Positions 33,601 to 47,779 are shown, numbered from the whole stretch's first letter. The stretch: DNA of 63,236 nt, filler included, from Dimorphilus gyrociliatus (GCA_904063045.1; 4 parts of 4 records of this genome joined end to end with filler, not necessarily neighbours in it); one strand, 5' to 3'. The notes: generated by a model not told the origin, from the sequence alone. Translations and numbers: made by a program.

Positions 33601-34890
33601 GTGAAAATGATAAAAACATTATTGACAAAAAAGTAAAGGAAGAAGCGAAGCAGAGACCAAATTCCATAGACTGGGCTAGAGCTGTAAGATTTAAAGAATA
33701 TATTGCCAGTGCATTTGGCCAATGGTATTTGAATGAATTATGGCAAGGAAACTTGGGCAACAGAACCAATTTTTCACCAAGAGTAAAATTTTGGATAGCT
33801 CTCGTAAGTATGATATTTAATTAACTGTTCTAATTTTCTAATTTTACCATTCAATCAACAGATACTCCATCTTCTATGTTTATTCACATTCTCCTTCTAT
33901 TATTTAATTGATCTTCAACCAAAAACTGATAAATCTTTACATGGTAGCGAAGTGGCTTTTTACTTTTTCCTTAGTCTTATTGTACTGATGGAAATAAGTC
34001 AGGTAACAAATTCATTCCCATAATTCACTGTAATGACAATTTCTGTCTTCCCCTCCCTCCCCTCTACCTCCCCCATATAAAATAGATAAAAGAGCTGAGT
34101 CTTCTACAATATTGGAAACATTTGACAGATGATATTTGGAATATTCTTGAATTGCTTATATTCATTTTCTGTTTACTATCAGTAATACTTATTTTTGTAA
34201 TACCAAACAAGAACTTTGCAGTTGTAAGAAGCTTTTACGCCATTTCAATTTCGTTGTTTTATTTGAGAACTGCACTATTCTTATACAATTGGCAAGCATT
34301 TGGAATAAGGCTAATTATGATTTTTGAAATGATTAAAGATACAGGAGTAATGATTCCAATATTCTTAATATTTATATTGGCCTATGGAGTTGCCCTACAA
34401 GGACTTTTATATCCCAATTTTCCACTTGGACTTACCCTTTTCAAAAATATTGTATACGTGCCATATTGGCAAATATACGGAGAATTATTTCTTGAAGAAA
34501 TTACGGGAAATGATGAAGAATCGTGTAATTCAACATCTATAAATGGTAGCAGCGATCGTTGTCCACAAAATTCAGCAGTAGCAGTAATACTGATGGCAAT
34601 TTATCTATTTGGAGCTATTATTGTGTTGGTTAATTTGCTTATTGCTATGTTTGCAAGTACATATAATAGAATTGAAGCGAGATCCGAAATTATTTATCGT
34701 TATAAAAGATACGACTTCAATTATAGTTTTCACTATTTTTTCCGCTTAGGAGTAAGTAGTTAACCGACCAATTAGAATTCTTTGTTCACTTTTTATGTTC
34801 AACATTCATTTCAGATTTTCAGGACTGCTATTGAAAAATTATGGTCCTGTTTTAAAAGGTGTTATAAAAGGTCTACTGCAAAAGTGGGGA
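30683..34890 (+). CDS. TRPM-like cation channel, copy 1 (multi-exon; ~270-bp deletion near 33380 and small frameshifts)
   Basis: LDLNHQYFYFL (SLOG/MHR1-2-like), ILIVIGG...FIIRKCGK, FELAIRWG, FAWSII, DIWNILELL, FGIRLIMIFEMIKD, YWQIYGELFLEEI (pore) and NLLIAMFASTY (S6/TRP box). Both ends approximate. Confidence 0.88.
30956..31105 (+). repeat. Coding 27-30-bp tandem repeat (TADSSLTEK/TAHSSSTEK) in the TRPM N-terminus
   Basis: About 5 degenerate copies of GCA(G/C)ATTCTTCATCGACAGAAAAGACT. Confidence 0.8.
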
Positions 34891-35331
34891 CTACAGTGTA
34901 GAGAACCGTTAACATTTTTGTCATCATTAGTAATTCTTTGAGAATGAATGTGTGAACGATTTAGCCTGTTGAAGAGAGTAATATCGCAATAGTGTAAAAT
35001 GTTGATTTATCTAAATAGCTGATTATCACCTGTCAGAGCATGTTCCTTTTAACAAAATATAATATATTTCTACTAGAAGAAACTGGTAATTATTGAATTT
35101 AGAAATCGTTCTCTTTTGGCTGAAACCTTAGACTTAATAGTTTCTGTCCCTATCACCTATGACAACTTTGTTCAATAAGTGACCGTTTAATCAATATCCT
35201 CAAAGGTGAAGGTTATAAAAAAATGCATATTCAGTTCAAATGTGACTACACAATCAGCAAATTTTCTCTATATAGTGTGGCGTAATTTGCAGTTTTTCCC
35301 ATTTTTACAGTTATATAATTTTGAGATCAAC

Positions 35332-38300
35332 ATGACAGAAGAAACTAAAATAGTTCAGAAATATTGTCCTTTAAGTAAATTAACTGCTGATAATCTGAAC
35401 AATTTATCAGAAGAATTCTCAAATATACCGCAAAGAAAATATACAGTACAAACTGTAACAGAATTTTTAAATCTATTGCAGTTGAAGATTTGTAGTAAAA
35501 ATGGATACAGCGAAAATTCACCTGGAGCTAGAGGATTACAAATAATTTTTGATCGCTTTAAATTTATTTATGATAAGTAAGTAGAAAGAATAAGAGAGAA
35601 CAACAGCTCTCTTTCCCCTTCCCTCCTGCTCTTCCCTCATCTCTCTACCATTATTCAATTACATTATGTAATAAAAAGAATTGTTTTCAATTATCTTACA
35701 GTAAAATGTCCGATAATGTTAGTAAATGGAAGCCAATTTGTAAGAAATTAATGATAATAATCCTAGCCGTTTACGAAGAGAATTGCGTATCATGCGGTAA
35801 TATTCCTTTTCTAATGAACTTTTTCGAATTACAAAACTTTGGCGATTATCTACAAGTAATCAATAAATATAGTTTTTAATTAATAATTTAAATTAATAAC
35901 AATTAAACGTCTCTTCTTATCAGAAAGAAATTAAAGAAAATGAGATAAAAAAGCTTTTAAAAGTTCTTTGTCAGGAGGACATTAAACCTTTGGAAAGCGA
36001 TCGAAATGTTCAATTATGGTGTGATACGTACGATTCTATAGCTAGAAGATTCTTTTATGAAATATCGTTAGTATTATTACGTAATAACGATTGTATTGCG
36101 TATAAATTCTACTCTTGTACATACAAAATGTAGGAAATCGAAGGATGCTATTACAAAATGTAGGCCTGAAATATTGAAAGGATTCTTTATATGGATTGGT
36201 AGGATGGCTGAAGATAAAACTACGCAACATTTATCGGCAAATATGATAGTATTATTTAGAGATATATCGGAGAATTCCCTACAGAACAAAGGTGTACATC
36301 TTCTCTTCGAAGTAAGATTTTTAAAATTGAACATTCAATAGAAATTTCATACGCCTATCCAATTACTTAAGAATTCGGACGGAAACTGTCTAAACAGCTT
36401 TGTAACGGAAGTGACAAAACTATTAACTCTTACAAAGTATCCTCCATCGAATAAAGTTCACCAAGCTATTCTATTCTTAATAGACCAATGCTACTTTCAA
36501 TCTATAAAGTGAGTTAAAGCAATAAAGAATCGAAACGAATTTTTCAACGTAATCCTTTGTTTCATACAGAAATTCAACAAATTCAAGATTCTTTGCTAAA
36601 CTCTATGAGTTATATTCGAAATTTGAATATTCATCAAATCGGAAAATTAATGAATTATTTGCGAATATAAGTGAATATTTTAATGATAAATTATCCTTCA
36701 TAAGTATCATTAGATAGAGTAAAGATTTCTTCCTCTTTATCATAATTATCTTCAATGCAGTTGTCCTATTCTGGAAAATCGACTATAGACACATTTCTAG
36801 ATAATATAAGGAATATTAAAAATGGCGAACAAGCCAACTACTTTACTATTATCTTTAGGGATCATTACTTTAATGATATATTACCAATTCTTAAGTAAGT
36901 TGTCTTCAGGGAAAGAAATGAATTTCTCTATCATTTTTTCCATTTTGTTTATACAGGAATGAAAAGAATAAATTAAGACAATTTCTAACCGCAATAATTG
37001 AAAATCCTTTCAAGGATATCTGCAAAGAATTCTTTGAAGATTGCGTAGAACGTTCGCAAATGGTTAATATTCAAGAGGACGCTGATCTATTCTTAATGTC
37101 ATTTAATTTAATGTACATGTACCAATGGGGTAATAGCAGGGAAGCCAAAGAAGCATTTGGAGCAATTGGTACAGGATATTGTCAATTAATTAAGTTGGTT
37201 TAATATCAACAAACAACAATAATGAATTATTAGTAATTAATTAATTAATTAATTAATTTTTAATTAGAAATAATATCGAAATCCCAAAAATAAAGACCTA
37301 TTTAAACGGCATTGTGGAAAAGGCTTTTGATTTTAATAGCGTCGCTTATCAAGAGGCTTGTTCTCAATTTTTATACGAATTAGATTGGAAGGTAAAACTA
37401 AGATAATATGTTTTTGTCATCTAATATACATTTATCTATTATAGGATGACTTTAGAACCTTTCATAATATACTGAAAAAACTTCGAAGGAACGTTGAACG
37501 AAACGCGAATCTTTTCTATAGTCAAGATTCAATTGTTTGGATGACTCAACTTCTCATTGAAAAGATGGATGCTTGTAATAGGTAACGTTTTAAGTTATTT
37601 TAATTAACCATACCTTTCTATTACCATTTCTCTTCGTAGTAAAAATGAAAGGTTTAAGGAATTGACGGATAGTTACGGTAATTTATTCAATGCTTGTTAC
37701 GGTCTTCCGTGGCTATTTGAATTGGATGCTGAAGTATTTTCAAAACACCAAGTTACAAGCGATTATCAAAGGAGAACGTTACCTGGACAAATTCTAGAAA
37801 GTTCTATGAAAAACATTTATCTAAAAGTAAATTTTATGGCAATTTCAATACTCTTGTAAAAACTAAATAGATTTTCATTTCTCTCATTTAGAATAGAAAT
37901 TTACACGAATTCATTAAACCGATTGTTGGTTCATTAAATAAGATTAAAAAGCAGGAAACTGATGAAACTTTACAGGTAATATACAATCAATTCTTACATT
38001 TTGATTTATTCCTATTATGTTTAGAAATTGGCGGCAGAAATTTTAGCCAAATTACCAGAAAATATGGTACTTTTAAGTGATGATGGAGGCAACGATACAA
38101 TTACAGAATTTCTAAATACTAAGAATATTGATTTATTAGGTAAATATATTCTATATTTGAAGTGAAAGATAAAGTAAAAAATTGATGATTTTCCGTCTTA
38201 AGAAACGATTGCGAAAATTTATCCAAGTTGCAGTGATATTATTCATGAGAATCTAGAGTTTTTCATTGAAGTAACCGAAGAGAATACCGAACATTATACA

Positions 38301-40646
38301 TATAGTATGTTACATTTATTGAAAAAAGTAGCCGAACAAGATCCAAGGGAGATTAACTCATCAGTTTTTGATTATTTAATAAATTCTCTTAGAATATCTT
38401 ATGGAACGACGGCTTGTCTAGCTCTTCAGAAGTTGGCTATATCAAAATTCGATTTATTCAATGGCTACCATGACAAAATTGAACAGATTGTTAAATCTTA
38501 TAAGAACGGTGTATTTTATTTACAACTATTGGCTGATTTAAGTCAAACAGCGGCATTAGGGGAAAAGTACGCTAAAGTTATTTGGAAAATGTTCAAGACG
38601 GGAGGTCAAGACTATAGAGCCAATTGTTTATCAGCCCTTCGTAATGTTGCCGTTAGACAAAGGGAGGCTGTTGAACGTTATAAACATGACATTGAACAAT
38701 TAAAAACCGACCTAAGTATTAAAGATTGGGTCATGCTCGTTCTAGATGTTTTGGAAGGTAGATCCTTAGAAAAAGTTTCAAATGACCTCATTGAACAAAG
38801 GGAAGATATTGATAACTTGAACGTTAGAGTTACTAATAACGAAGGAAAGATTGAATATCTCGATAACGAAGTTAAAGACACTAAAGCCGAGATTAAGGTT
38901 GTTAAACTAGACGTTCAAGAAACGAAAGAGCGTCTCAGTCAAATGGAATATACAATGAAAGGACTCGACGAAAGAGTTGAACAACTCGGCTATATGACTC
39001 TTTCCCACGCTCCAGCTTGGTCTCGTCACGTTTCGGACCTAATGAATAATCAAGCTGATAACGATTGGAGATTACTCGCAATGAAACTTAATTATACAAA
39101 TGATGATATTCGTAATTGGGCTACTCAGCCAGATCCATGCCTCTCGCTATTGGACGAATGGTTTGCCACCACAAAACAAGGGAAGCCACTTTCGCTATAT
39201 TAAATAATCTTAAAGATATGAATAGATTAGACGCCGTTGAAGTAGTTGAAAATGCCCTTGCCGCCGTAAAAGATGTTGTTACTGAGGAAACGGATGAAGT
39301 ATTTGAAAAGCCCGAAATATTTCTCAGCTATCAATGGGGACATCAACAAGAGGTGAAATTATTAAAGAAACACCTGGAAATGGCAGGATTTAAAGCGTGG
39401 ATGGATATTGGTCAAATGGGTGGTGGAGATAAACTATACGCAAAAATAGACGATGGTGTTCGATCGGCAAAAGTCATCATTAATTGTGTCAGCGAAAAAT
39501 ACGCTCAATCGGCAAATTGTTGTAGAGAAGTTAATCTATCAACTAATCTTGGTAAACCAATGATCCCTTTACTTATGGAACAGCTTTCCTGGCCTCCTCC
39601 AGGACCAATGGGTCCTATAATGTCTGAATATCTCTATATCAAATTTTTCAAATCCAACGACGTTGAAAAGGATAATAAAGTATTTTGGATGTCGGCAAAG
39701 TTTCAAGAACTACTTATGCAATTGAGATACTACGCAGCTCCCGACGTTGAACTCATTAAGAAGGATTCTCTCTATTACGGTTGGATGACTCCACCGGAAG
39801 AAGTGATTGTAATTCCGATAGAAAGCAGAAAGTTGGAAATAATAATTCTAAGAAAGAAGAGAAAACCGTAGAAAACGAAAAAAGTCCCGACGTTTTCATA
39901 TCTTATCAATGGGATAAACAAGAACAAATTAAACGTCTTTATAAGAAACTTACCGAAATGGGATATCATTGTTGGTTGGATATTATGCAAATGGGAGGAG
40001 GTGATTCGCTATTTGATAAAATTGATAAAGGGATAAGAGGCGCTAAAATTGTCGTATCGTGTGTAACTAAAAAGTAGCTTTGAGCGTCAATTGTAAAAGA
40101 GAAGTTTCCCTATCATCCGCCTTGAACAAACCGATTATACCTCTTCTATTAGAAAATATGTCTTGGCCACCGGAAGGTCAAATGTCAATGATATTTACTC
40201 AACTGTTGTACATAGGATTTCATAAAAAAAGAAATTCAAGTTTGTGGCAAGGAGATGAATTTGATCAATTAACGTCTAAGATTGATACAAACATTACTCC
40301 GTCCAACGATATTAACGATGAAGACGAGCTTGATAATTCTCAGGAAACTAAACAAACTGTTGTGGAAGCAGCGAAAACGGGTAGTTTAAAGGAAAGTAGT
40401 GAAAAGAGGAAAGAAGTTAAAAATAAAATGAACGAAAAGAAGAAGGACGAAGAAGTTGAGAAGAGAAATGCCGAGAGAGAGAGAGAAGAGAAGAGAAATG
40501 CCGAAAGACAAAGAGAAGAGAAGAGAAATGAAGAAAATAAAATGAACAACGAAAGAAAGGTTGCAAAAAAGGAGAATGAATCATCAACAAGAAGAGAAGT
40601 GGATAATCCACCTCCGAAGAAATCTTCAACTTGTACTATATTATAA
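35332..40646 (+). CDS. Helical-repeat / coiled-coil / Death / TIR / TIR / CaaX protein, copy 1 (several single-base frameshifts in the last exon)
   Basis: Near-identical to 47780-53097; indels near 39170, 39815, 40075 and 40240 split the terminal exon into four ORFs. Confidence 0.85.
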
Positions 40647-41088
40647 ATTGAAAGTATAAAACATGACAAAACGTAACTTTCGAGCTTAAAGTTAAAAATG
40701 AACGATCTCAGCGATTGTTTAATACGATTTCTATATGTTTCTCTAACCTTATTAAAGACTTTCCTATCCGTTTTGAATATATAAAAACGTGGCTTAAACG
40801 TTGAGTGGGAGTTGGGGAATTGAAAGAGAGTTTAATGATTGATTAATTCTTTCATAAATTGCTATTGCAGTACCAAATGTTTGGTTGTCATATTTCTAAA
40901 TAGACGTAATAAGAACATTAAAAGTATACTCAATTAAAAAATAGGTTTATATGATTGTCATAAATACATAAAAGATATAAGTACTAATATTTATTCCCCT
41001 TATACTACAATTTAGATGTTAAAATATCAAGATAATGCAGATAAAATTGATAACTATCGCTTGCTTAAAACTTGTATTTATTCCTAGC

Positions 41089-41116
<28 letters not shown>
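41089..41116. repeat. (GA)n microsatellite (homolog at 53543-53575)
   Basis: Direct sequence. Confidence 0.9.
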
Positions 41117-41120
<4 letters not shown>

Positions 41121-41148
41121 CAACATCCAACACCGTAAATCAGCAAAT

Positions 41149-42028
41149 NNNNNNNNNNNNNNNNNNNNNNNNNNNNNNNNNNNNNNNNNNNNNNNNNNNN
41201 NNNNNNNNNNNNNNNNNNNNNNNNNNNNNNNNNNNNNNNNNNNNNNNNNNNNNNNNNNNNNNNNNNNNNNNNNNNNNNNNNNNNNNNNNNNNNNNNNNNN
41301 NNNNNNNNNNNNNNNNNNNNNNNNNNNNNNNNNNNNNNNNNNNNNNNNNNNNNNNNNNNNNNNNNNNNNNNNNNNNNNNNNNNNNNNNNNNNNNNNNNNN
41401 NNNNNNNNNNNNNNNNNNNNNNNNNNNNNNNNNNNNNNNNNNNNNNNNNNNNNNNNNNNNNNNNNNNNNNNNNNNNNNNNNNNNNNNNNNNNNNNNNNNN
41501 NNNNNNNNNNNNNNNNNNNNNNNNNNNNNNNNNNNNNNNNNNNNNNNNNNNNNNNNNNNNNNNNNNNNNNNNNNNNNNNNNNNNNNNNNNNNNNNNNNNN
41601 NNNNNNNNNNNNNNNNNNNNNNNNNNNNNNNNNNNNNNNNNNNNNNNNNNNNNNNNNNNNNNNNNNNNNNNNNNNNNNNNNNNNNNNNNNNNNNNNNNNN
41701 NNNNNNNNNNNNNNNNNNNNNNNNNNNNNNNNNNNNNNNNNNNNNNNNNNNNNNNNNNNNNNNNNNNNNNNNNNNNNNNNNNNNNNNNNNNNNNNNNNNN
41801 NNNNNNNNNNNNNNNNNNNNNNNNNNNNNNNNNNNNNNNNNNNNNNNNNNNNNNNNNNNNNNNNNNNNNNNNNNNNNNNNNNNNNNNNNNNNNNNNNNNN
41901 NNNNNNNNNNNNNNNNNNNNNNNNNNNNNNNNNNNNNNNNNNNNNNNNNNNNNNNNNNNNNNNNNNNNNNNNNNNNNNNNNNNNNNNNNNNNNNNNNNNN
42001 NNNNNNNNNNNNNNNNNNNNNNNNNNNN
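41149..42028. other. Assembly gap (880 N) between the two copies of the duplicated block
   Basis: N run; the sequence left of it matches ~53600 and the sequence right of it matches ~31704. Confidence 0.99.
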
Positions 42029-45000
42029 GAGTAAATTGTATGGTTAAAAACTTTCCTAATTTCAACATGAAACCAAACTTTAAATACAAACTACCATATT
42101 CAACTCTATCTGATGATAATATTCAACAAATTAAGCATCATCTAACAGAAAATGCATCATTATTTTTAACTGATGGAAAATCAAATAGATTATTGCAAAA
42201 GCTACAAATGACAACAAATCTATATGTGTGGATTTGTAAAGGTGAACATAATACAATCAAAAATAAAGATAGTGTAAGTCAAGAGACATTAAAGGTGCCG
42301 GTTTGGACCTAAATCATCAATATTTCTATTTTCTTGGAGAAGTGAGGATGAAATGGAAACTAAAGAAGCATTCATTAAACATGTTCAGACACAACATGAA
42401 AAGGTTATTGATGTCTTAATTAATTTTGAAGGCAATAGTAATGATGAGGTTATTCAAAGGTTAAAGTCTAAAAAATATATTATTTCTCCAACTGAAATAA
42501 AGATGAGAAGATGAATGAAGAGTGCAAGAAATATTTGAAAACATTCAAAAAAGAGGAAAATGGTTTAAAAGACTGTCTTCAAGAGATTTATGAAGAAAAT
42601 TATCCATCCTACTTTATTGATGAACAAGACAACGCAACTGTAAAAAATACTTTGAAAGAAAGGAAAGATATACTGAAAGGCAAACATTTATTTATAACAT
42701 TTAACAATAATGACGAGCACGATAACTTTGATAATCAGTTTATGAGAATCTTTGAAAAGAAATTTAATGTAGTTGTAAAAGTATTCAAACCATTGATATA
42801 ATTGATGGATGTTCAAAATTATTAGGACCCTGTAAAAAGGCGACACAAGAAAAGAAAATTAAATTATATAGTACAGAACCGTCATGTCTTGAACATAGCT
42901 CAAAGGAGGAGTGCCCTAATCATAAAGAGAAATATGACCACTATAAATCACTTAAAAAATCATTTCTCCCTAAAGCGATATTGCAGAAACAAATTACACA
43001 AGCGGAAGATAAAATTCCTGATTTCTATTTAATTTCAATATTAATAGTAATTGGCGGTGAAATATACAAAACTCTACAAGAAATATGCAACATACTAACA
43101 GTGAAAAATCATAGAATTGATAAAAAACCTAATGTATTTATCATTAGAAAATGTGGAAAAACATCATTATTTCTTTATAGATTTATTTCTATAATTAAAT
43201 CTGAAAAGGCAGAAAGTGAAATTTCCGATTTATGGAAAAAGAAGATAAAAAATCTTACAATGACAAAAAAGTAGATGAATGTTTTGAATTGTGTAAAACA
43301 ATTTCTAAATACAAAGATCAAATTCATATAGTTAATTTATATAAAGAAGATTTAAAAACTGCTATTGAAGATGCCTATTTCAACAAATTAAATGATGATG
43401 ATCAATTTGAATTGGCAATCCGCTGGGGAATTACTCATAAACAGTTTAAGGAAGATTTTGATCCTTACATTGAAAAAGAAAAATTTCAAAATTACCAAGA
43501 ATTCTTTACAGATTCCTTAAAAAGTGACAATAAACGTGTCGTTGAAATAGTTCATAGTATTTTTCCAGATGTAACAAAGACTTTCTACCCTGATGAACTT
43601 TTTCCACTTTCACTTAACAACGTTAAAGGTTTTAAATTCATTCAGAATTTAGAGAAAAAGCCAATTGTTGTCTTAGAAAAGTTAAATGGTGAAGGGAAAT
43701 CGATTAAAGACTACAATGTGCGTCTTGAAGAGTTTAATAAGAAACAATCGTGTGAAGGGGCTGAAAAACTCTTAAGCATTTTGAATAATGAAGCCTTTAA
43801 TGAAAATGAAGATGCTCAAAATCATAAAGAAAAGCTTAATAATTTCAAAAAAGAGTTTAAGAATGCTGTACTGAATTTATTTAATGAACATTTTGATAAG
43901 AATTGTTCAGTTTATAGCTCACTGGAAAATAAATTGTTAGATGGTGATGACATAACATTCATATTTGCTTGGTCAATTATTGCCAACAAGACAAAAGTCT
44001 CGGAATACTTTTGGCTGAAGAGTAACAATCCTTTAAAATTGGCTATATTTGCTTTTGGAATTTTAAAACGGGCTAGGAAAGAGGCAATCAAGGAATGTGA
44101 TACTTTTTTAGCTACATCCTTGTTAGAGAGGAAACAAGTTTGGAAAGACAAAGCCCTTAGATATTTAAATGATGCTTGTGAAAATGATGAAAACAATATT
44201 GACAAAAAAGTAAAGGAAGAAGCGAAGCAGAGACCAAATTCCATAGACTGGGCTAGAGCTGTAGGATTTAAAGAATATATTGCCAGTGCATTTGGCCAAT
44301 GGTATTTGAATGAATTATGGCGAGGAAACTTGGGCAACGGAACCAATTTTTCACCAATAGTAAAATTTTGGATAGCTTTCGTAAGTATGATATTTAATTA
44401 ACTGTTCTAATTTTCTAATTTTACCATTCAATCAACAGATACTCCATCTTCTATGTTTATTCACATTCTCCTTCTATTATTTAATTGATCTTCAACCAAA
44501 AACTGATAAATCTTTACATGTTAGCGAAGTGGCTTTTTACTTTTTCCTTAGTCTTATTGTACTGATGGAAATAAGTCAGGTAACAAATTCATTCCCATAA
44601 TTCACTGTAATGACAATTTCTGTCTTCCCCTCCCTCCCCTCTACCTCCCCATATAAAATAGATAAAAGAGCTGAGTCTTCTACAATATCGGAAACATTTG
44701 ACAGATGATATTTGGAATATTCTTGAATTGCTTATATTCATTTTCTGTTTACTATCAGTAATACTTATTTTTGTAATACCAAACAAGAACTTTGCAGTTG
44801 TAAGAAGCTTTTACGCCATTTCAATTTCGTTGTTTTATTTGAGAACTGCACTATTCTTATACAATTGGCAAACATTTGGAATAAGGCTAATTATGATTTT
44901 TGAAATGATTAAAGATACAGGAGTAATGATTCCAATATTCTTAATATTTATATTGGCCTATGGAGTTGCCCTACAAGGACTTTTATATCCCAATTTTCCA

Positions 45001-45443
45001 CTTGGACTTACCCTTTTCAAAAATATTGTATACGTGCCATATTGGCAAATATACGGAGAATTATTTCTTGAAGAAATTACGGGAAATGATGAAGAATCGT
45101 GTAATTCAACATCTATAAATGGTAGCAGCGATCGTTGTCCACAAAATTCAGCAGTAGCAGTAATACTGATGGCAATTTATCTATTTGGAGCTATTATTGT
45201 GTTGGTTAATTTGCTTATTGCTATGTTTGCAAGTACATATAATAGAATTGAAGCGAGATCCGAAATTATTTATCGTTATAAAAGATACGACTTCAATTAT
45301 AGTTTTCACTATTTTTTCCGCTCAGGAGTAAGTAGTTAACCGACCAATTAGAATTCTTTGTTCACTTTTTATGTTCAACATTCATTTCAGATTGTCAGGA
45401 CTGCTATTGACAAATTATGGTCCTCTACTGCAAAAGTGGGGCC
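42029..45443 (+). CDS. TRPM-like cation channel, copy 2 (5' part lost in the gap; retains the segment deleted in copy 1; 3' end hit by a MULE)
   Basis: ORFs 42511, 42981, 43232-44401 and 44698-45339 match copy 1; extra segment YNVRLEEF...DDITFIFAWSII. Confidence 0.88.
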
Positions 45444-47331
45444 GAATACGACAGAAAACGGCCACAAATCAACAGAAAACGGCCCCAACTGAGACAGAAA
45501 ACAGCCACAGGATTCTTCAACCTAAAATATATAAAACAAGAAATGAATTAAATTTTGAAAGTGTGTTTATTTGAAGAGTTGAATACATTATGAGACTACA
45601 ACTTAAAAGATCATGCAATTTAACAACAATTGATTTATTTATTGAGCTACTAAATAAAGTTCAGAACACTTTACTAGAACTTCTGATGAAGTAATCTCAT
45701 GCTTTTCAAATCTTTCCCAAATTGAAAATATTTTATTTTGGAGGTTCTTATAAAACTTTCTTTGGTATCTTAATATCTTCTTTTCTGATAACATTCTTTG
45801 ATATGCTGCTATAAGGTCTGCTTCCCTTTTCAATTCATCTATCACAGAATAAAATGAAACATTCACTCCAACATTTCCATTCAACCTATTGTGAAATCCC
45901 TCAACATCATTATTTGTTCTGATTGCACATTGATAGATAGACCAACATTTTGGTGACCAAACATCATTCAAAATCCAAGTTCTTTCAAAATAATCAATAA
46001 AATCAGCAAGTTTATCAATTGATTTAAGGTAATCCTTATTTTTAATAAACTCTATTGGAATAATGTGAGATGGAAGGAATGGCAAAGCCATTAGCTGTCT
46101 CATTTCAAACCATTGTCCATTTTTTTTGTTGAAGTCTGATGAATAACCAAGCTCCTAAAAAAACAAAATTAAAAATGACTCCAGTTTGAGTTTTAGGTTG
46201 AATAATACCTGAATTTTTCTATAAACTGCCTGATTCCAATGGAATAAGCATCCTGACAGATTTACATTTTCCCAATTATTTAATACAGCTTTCCAAACAG
46301 CTTTTTCAAAATCCATAACTATCTTTTTTGGTTCCTTATATTGTAGCAGTTGATTAATGCACTGAAAAACAGTGAAATGAATATTAAATGCATTAAAACT
46401 CCACATCTCCAAATTATGGAAGTCTTGTCTTTTCTTTTGACAACAAATGAGTGACCATTAGATACAAGTAATTCTTTGCCTTTTTGACTTCCTGTAGGGA
46501 ATATTCTGAATTTACCATTGCTGTCATAGTTCACCTCTGGTATACTTTCAAAGGACTCCTCCATATTGATATCATTCTCATTCAAATGTAATATATTTCC
46601 ATGCAGAGGGCTGCTTTCACTAAGATTATCAACAAGCCTGTACTCTGCATCACAATTCAGTGTTTCAATAAGGGTAACCACTTCTTCATGATCAACATCC
46701 ATTATTATATTTTGCACATCTATCTCTTCTCTTGAATGATTTAGATCTATATTTTCAGCATTTGAGACTTTATTGGTAGATTTATCTTGTAAAATTTCAT
46801 CACATTTGCTCAGAATAATTCTGATTCTTTTTTTATCAACACTTGAACATATAGAACATAATCCATCTACAAAAGAAAGAGCTTAGTTTACATTAAAATC
46901 AATTTGGATCTTACCTGATAAACAAGCCCAATGGACTTTATGATGACAAAGTGAACAAACACCTTGCTTCAGCTTATTAATCTTTTTCTTACATCCAAAA
47001 CAATATGGTAGCATTGTGGCAAAAATCTCCTTTGAGCTGCTTTAACCTATTGGCAGGAATTTAAAAATAGTGCAAAATATTCAACCTCTTAGGAAAAACT
47101 GGTGGACAATTTAATATTTTTTCATCCAATATTTACTAACTAATAGAAAAAAATTTTAAATTAACTTATTCTATTCAATTTATGAGTATTGTATATTTCG
47201 AAATTTTGTGGCCGTTTTCTGTTCTGATTGGGGCCGTTTTCTGTTCCGGTTGGGGCCGTTTTCTGTTCATTTGTGGCCGTTTTCTGTTGATTTGTGGCCG
47301 TTTTCTGTTGGGGCCGTTTTCTGTTGATCCC
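45444..47331 (-). mobile_element. Internally deleted MULE (1888 bp) with repeat-rich TIRs, 8-bp TSD GTGGGGCC, PHD-like finger and FLYWCH start
   Basis: Absent from copy 1 (empty site GTGGGGAC near 34884). TIRs are built of ACAGAAAACGGCC units. Coding remnants: MLPYCFGC...CSLC...H..C (ATG 47014), SQKGKELLVSNGHSF, MDFEKAVW, GCLFHWNQAV, RTNNDVEGFH. Confidence 0.9.
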
Positions 47332-47779
47332 GTGGGGCCTACAGTGTAGAGAACCGTTAACATTTTTGTCATCATTAGTAATTCTTTGAGAATGAATGCG
47401 TGAACGATTTAGCCTGTTGAAGAGAGTAATATCGCAATAGTGTAAAATGTTGATTTATCTAAATAGCTGATTATCACCTGTCAGAGCATGTTCCTTTTAA
47501 CAAAATATAATATATTTCTACTAGAAGAAACTGGTAATTATTGAATTTAGAAATCGTTCTCTTTTGGCTGAAACCTTAGACTTAATAGTTTCTGTCCCTA
47601 TCACCTATGACAACTGTGTTCAATAAGTGACCGTTTAATCAATATCCTCAAAGGTGAAGGTTATAAAAAAAAGCATATTCAGTTCAAACGTGACTACACA
47701 ATCAGCAAATTTTCTCTATATAGTGTGGCGTAATTTGCAGTTTTTCCCATTTTTACAGTTATATAATTTTGAGATCAAC

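Noticed and set aside
40340-40669. Antisense hydrophobic ORFs (also 9467, 15369, 15532, 52791)
   Set aside because: They are Phe/Leu/Ser-rich mirror frames of Lys/Glu-rich sense coding sequence.
41019-42312. Long ORFs of 320-425 aa
   Set aside because: They are artefacts of translating through the 880-N gap.
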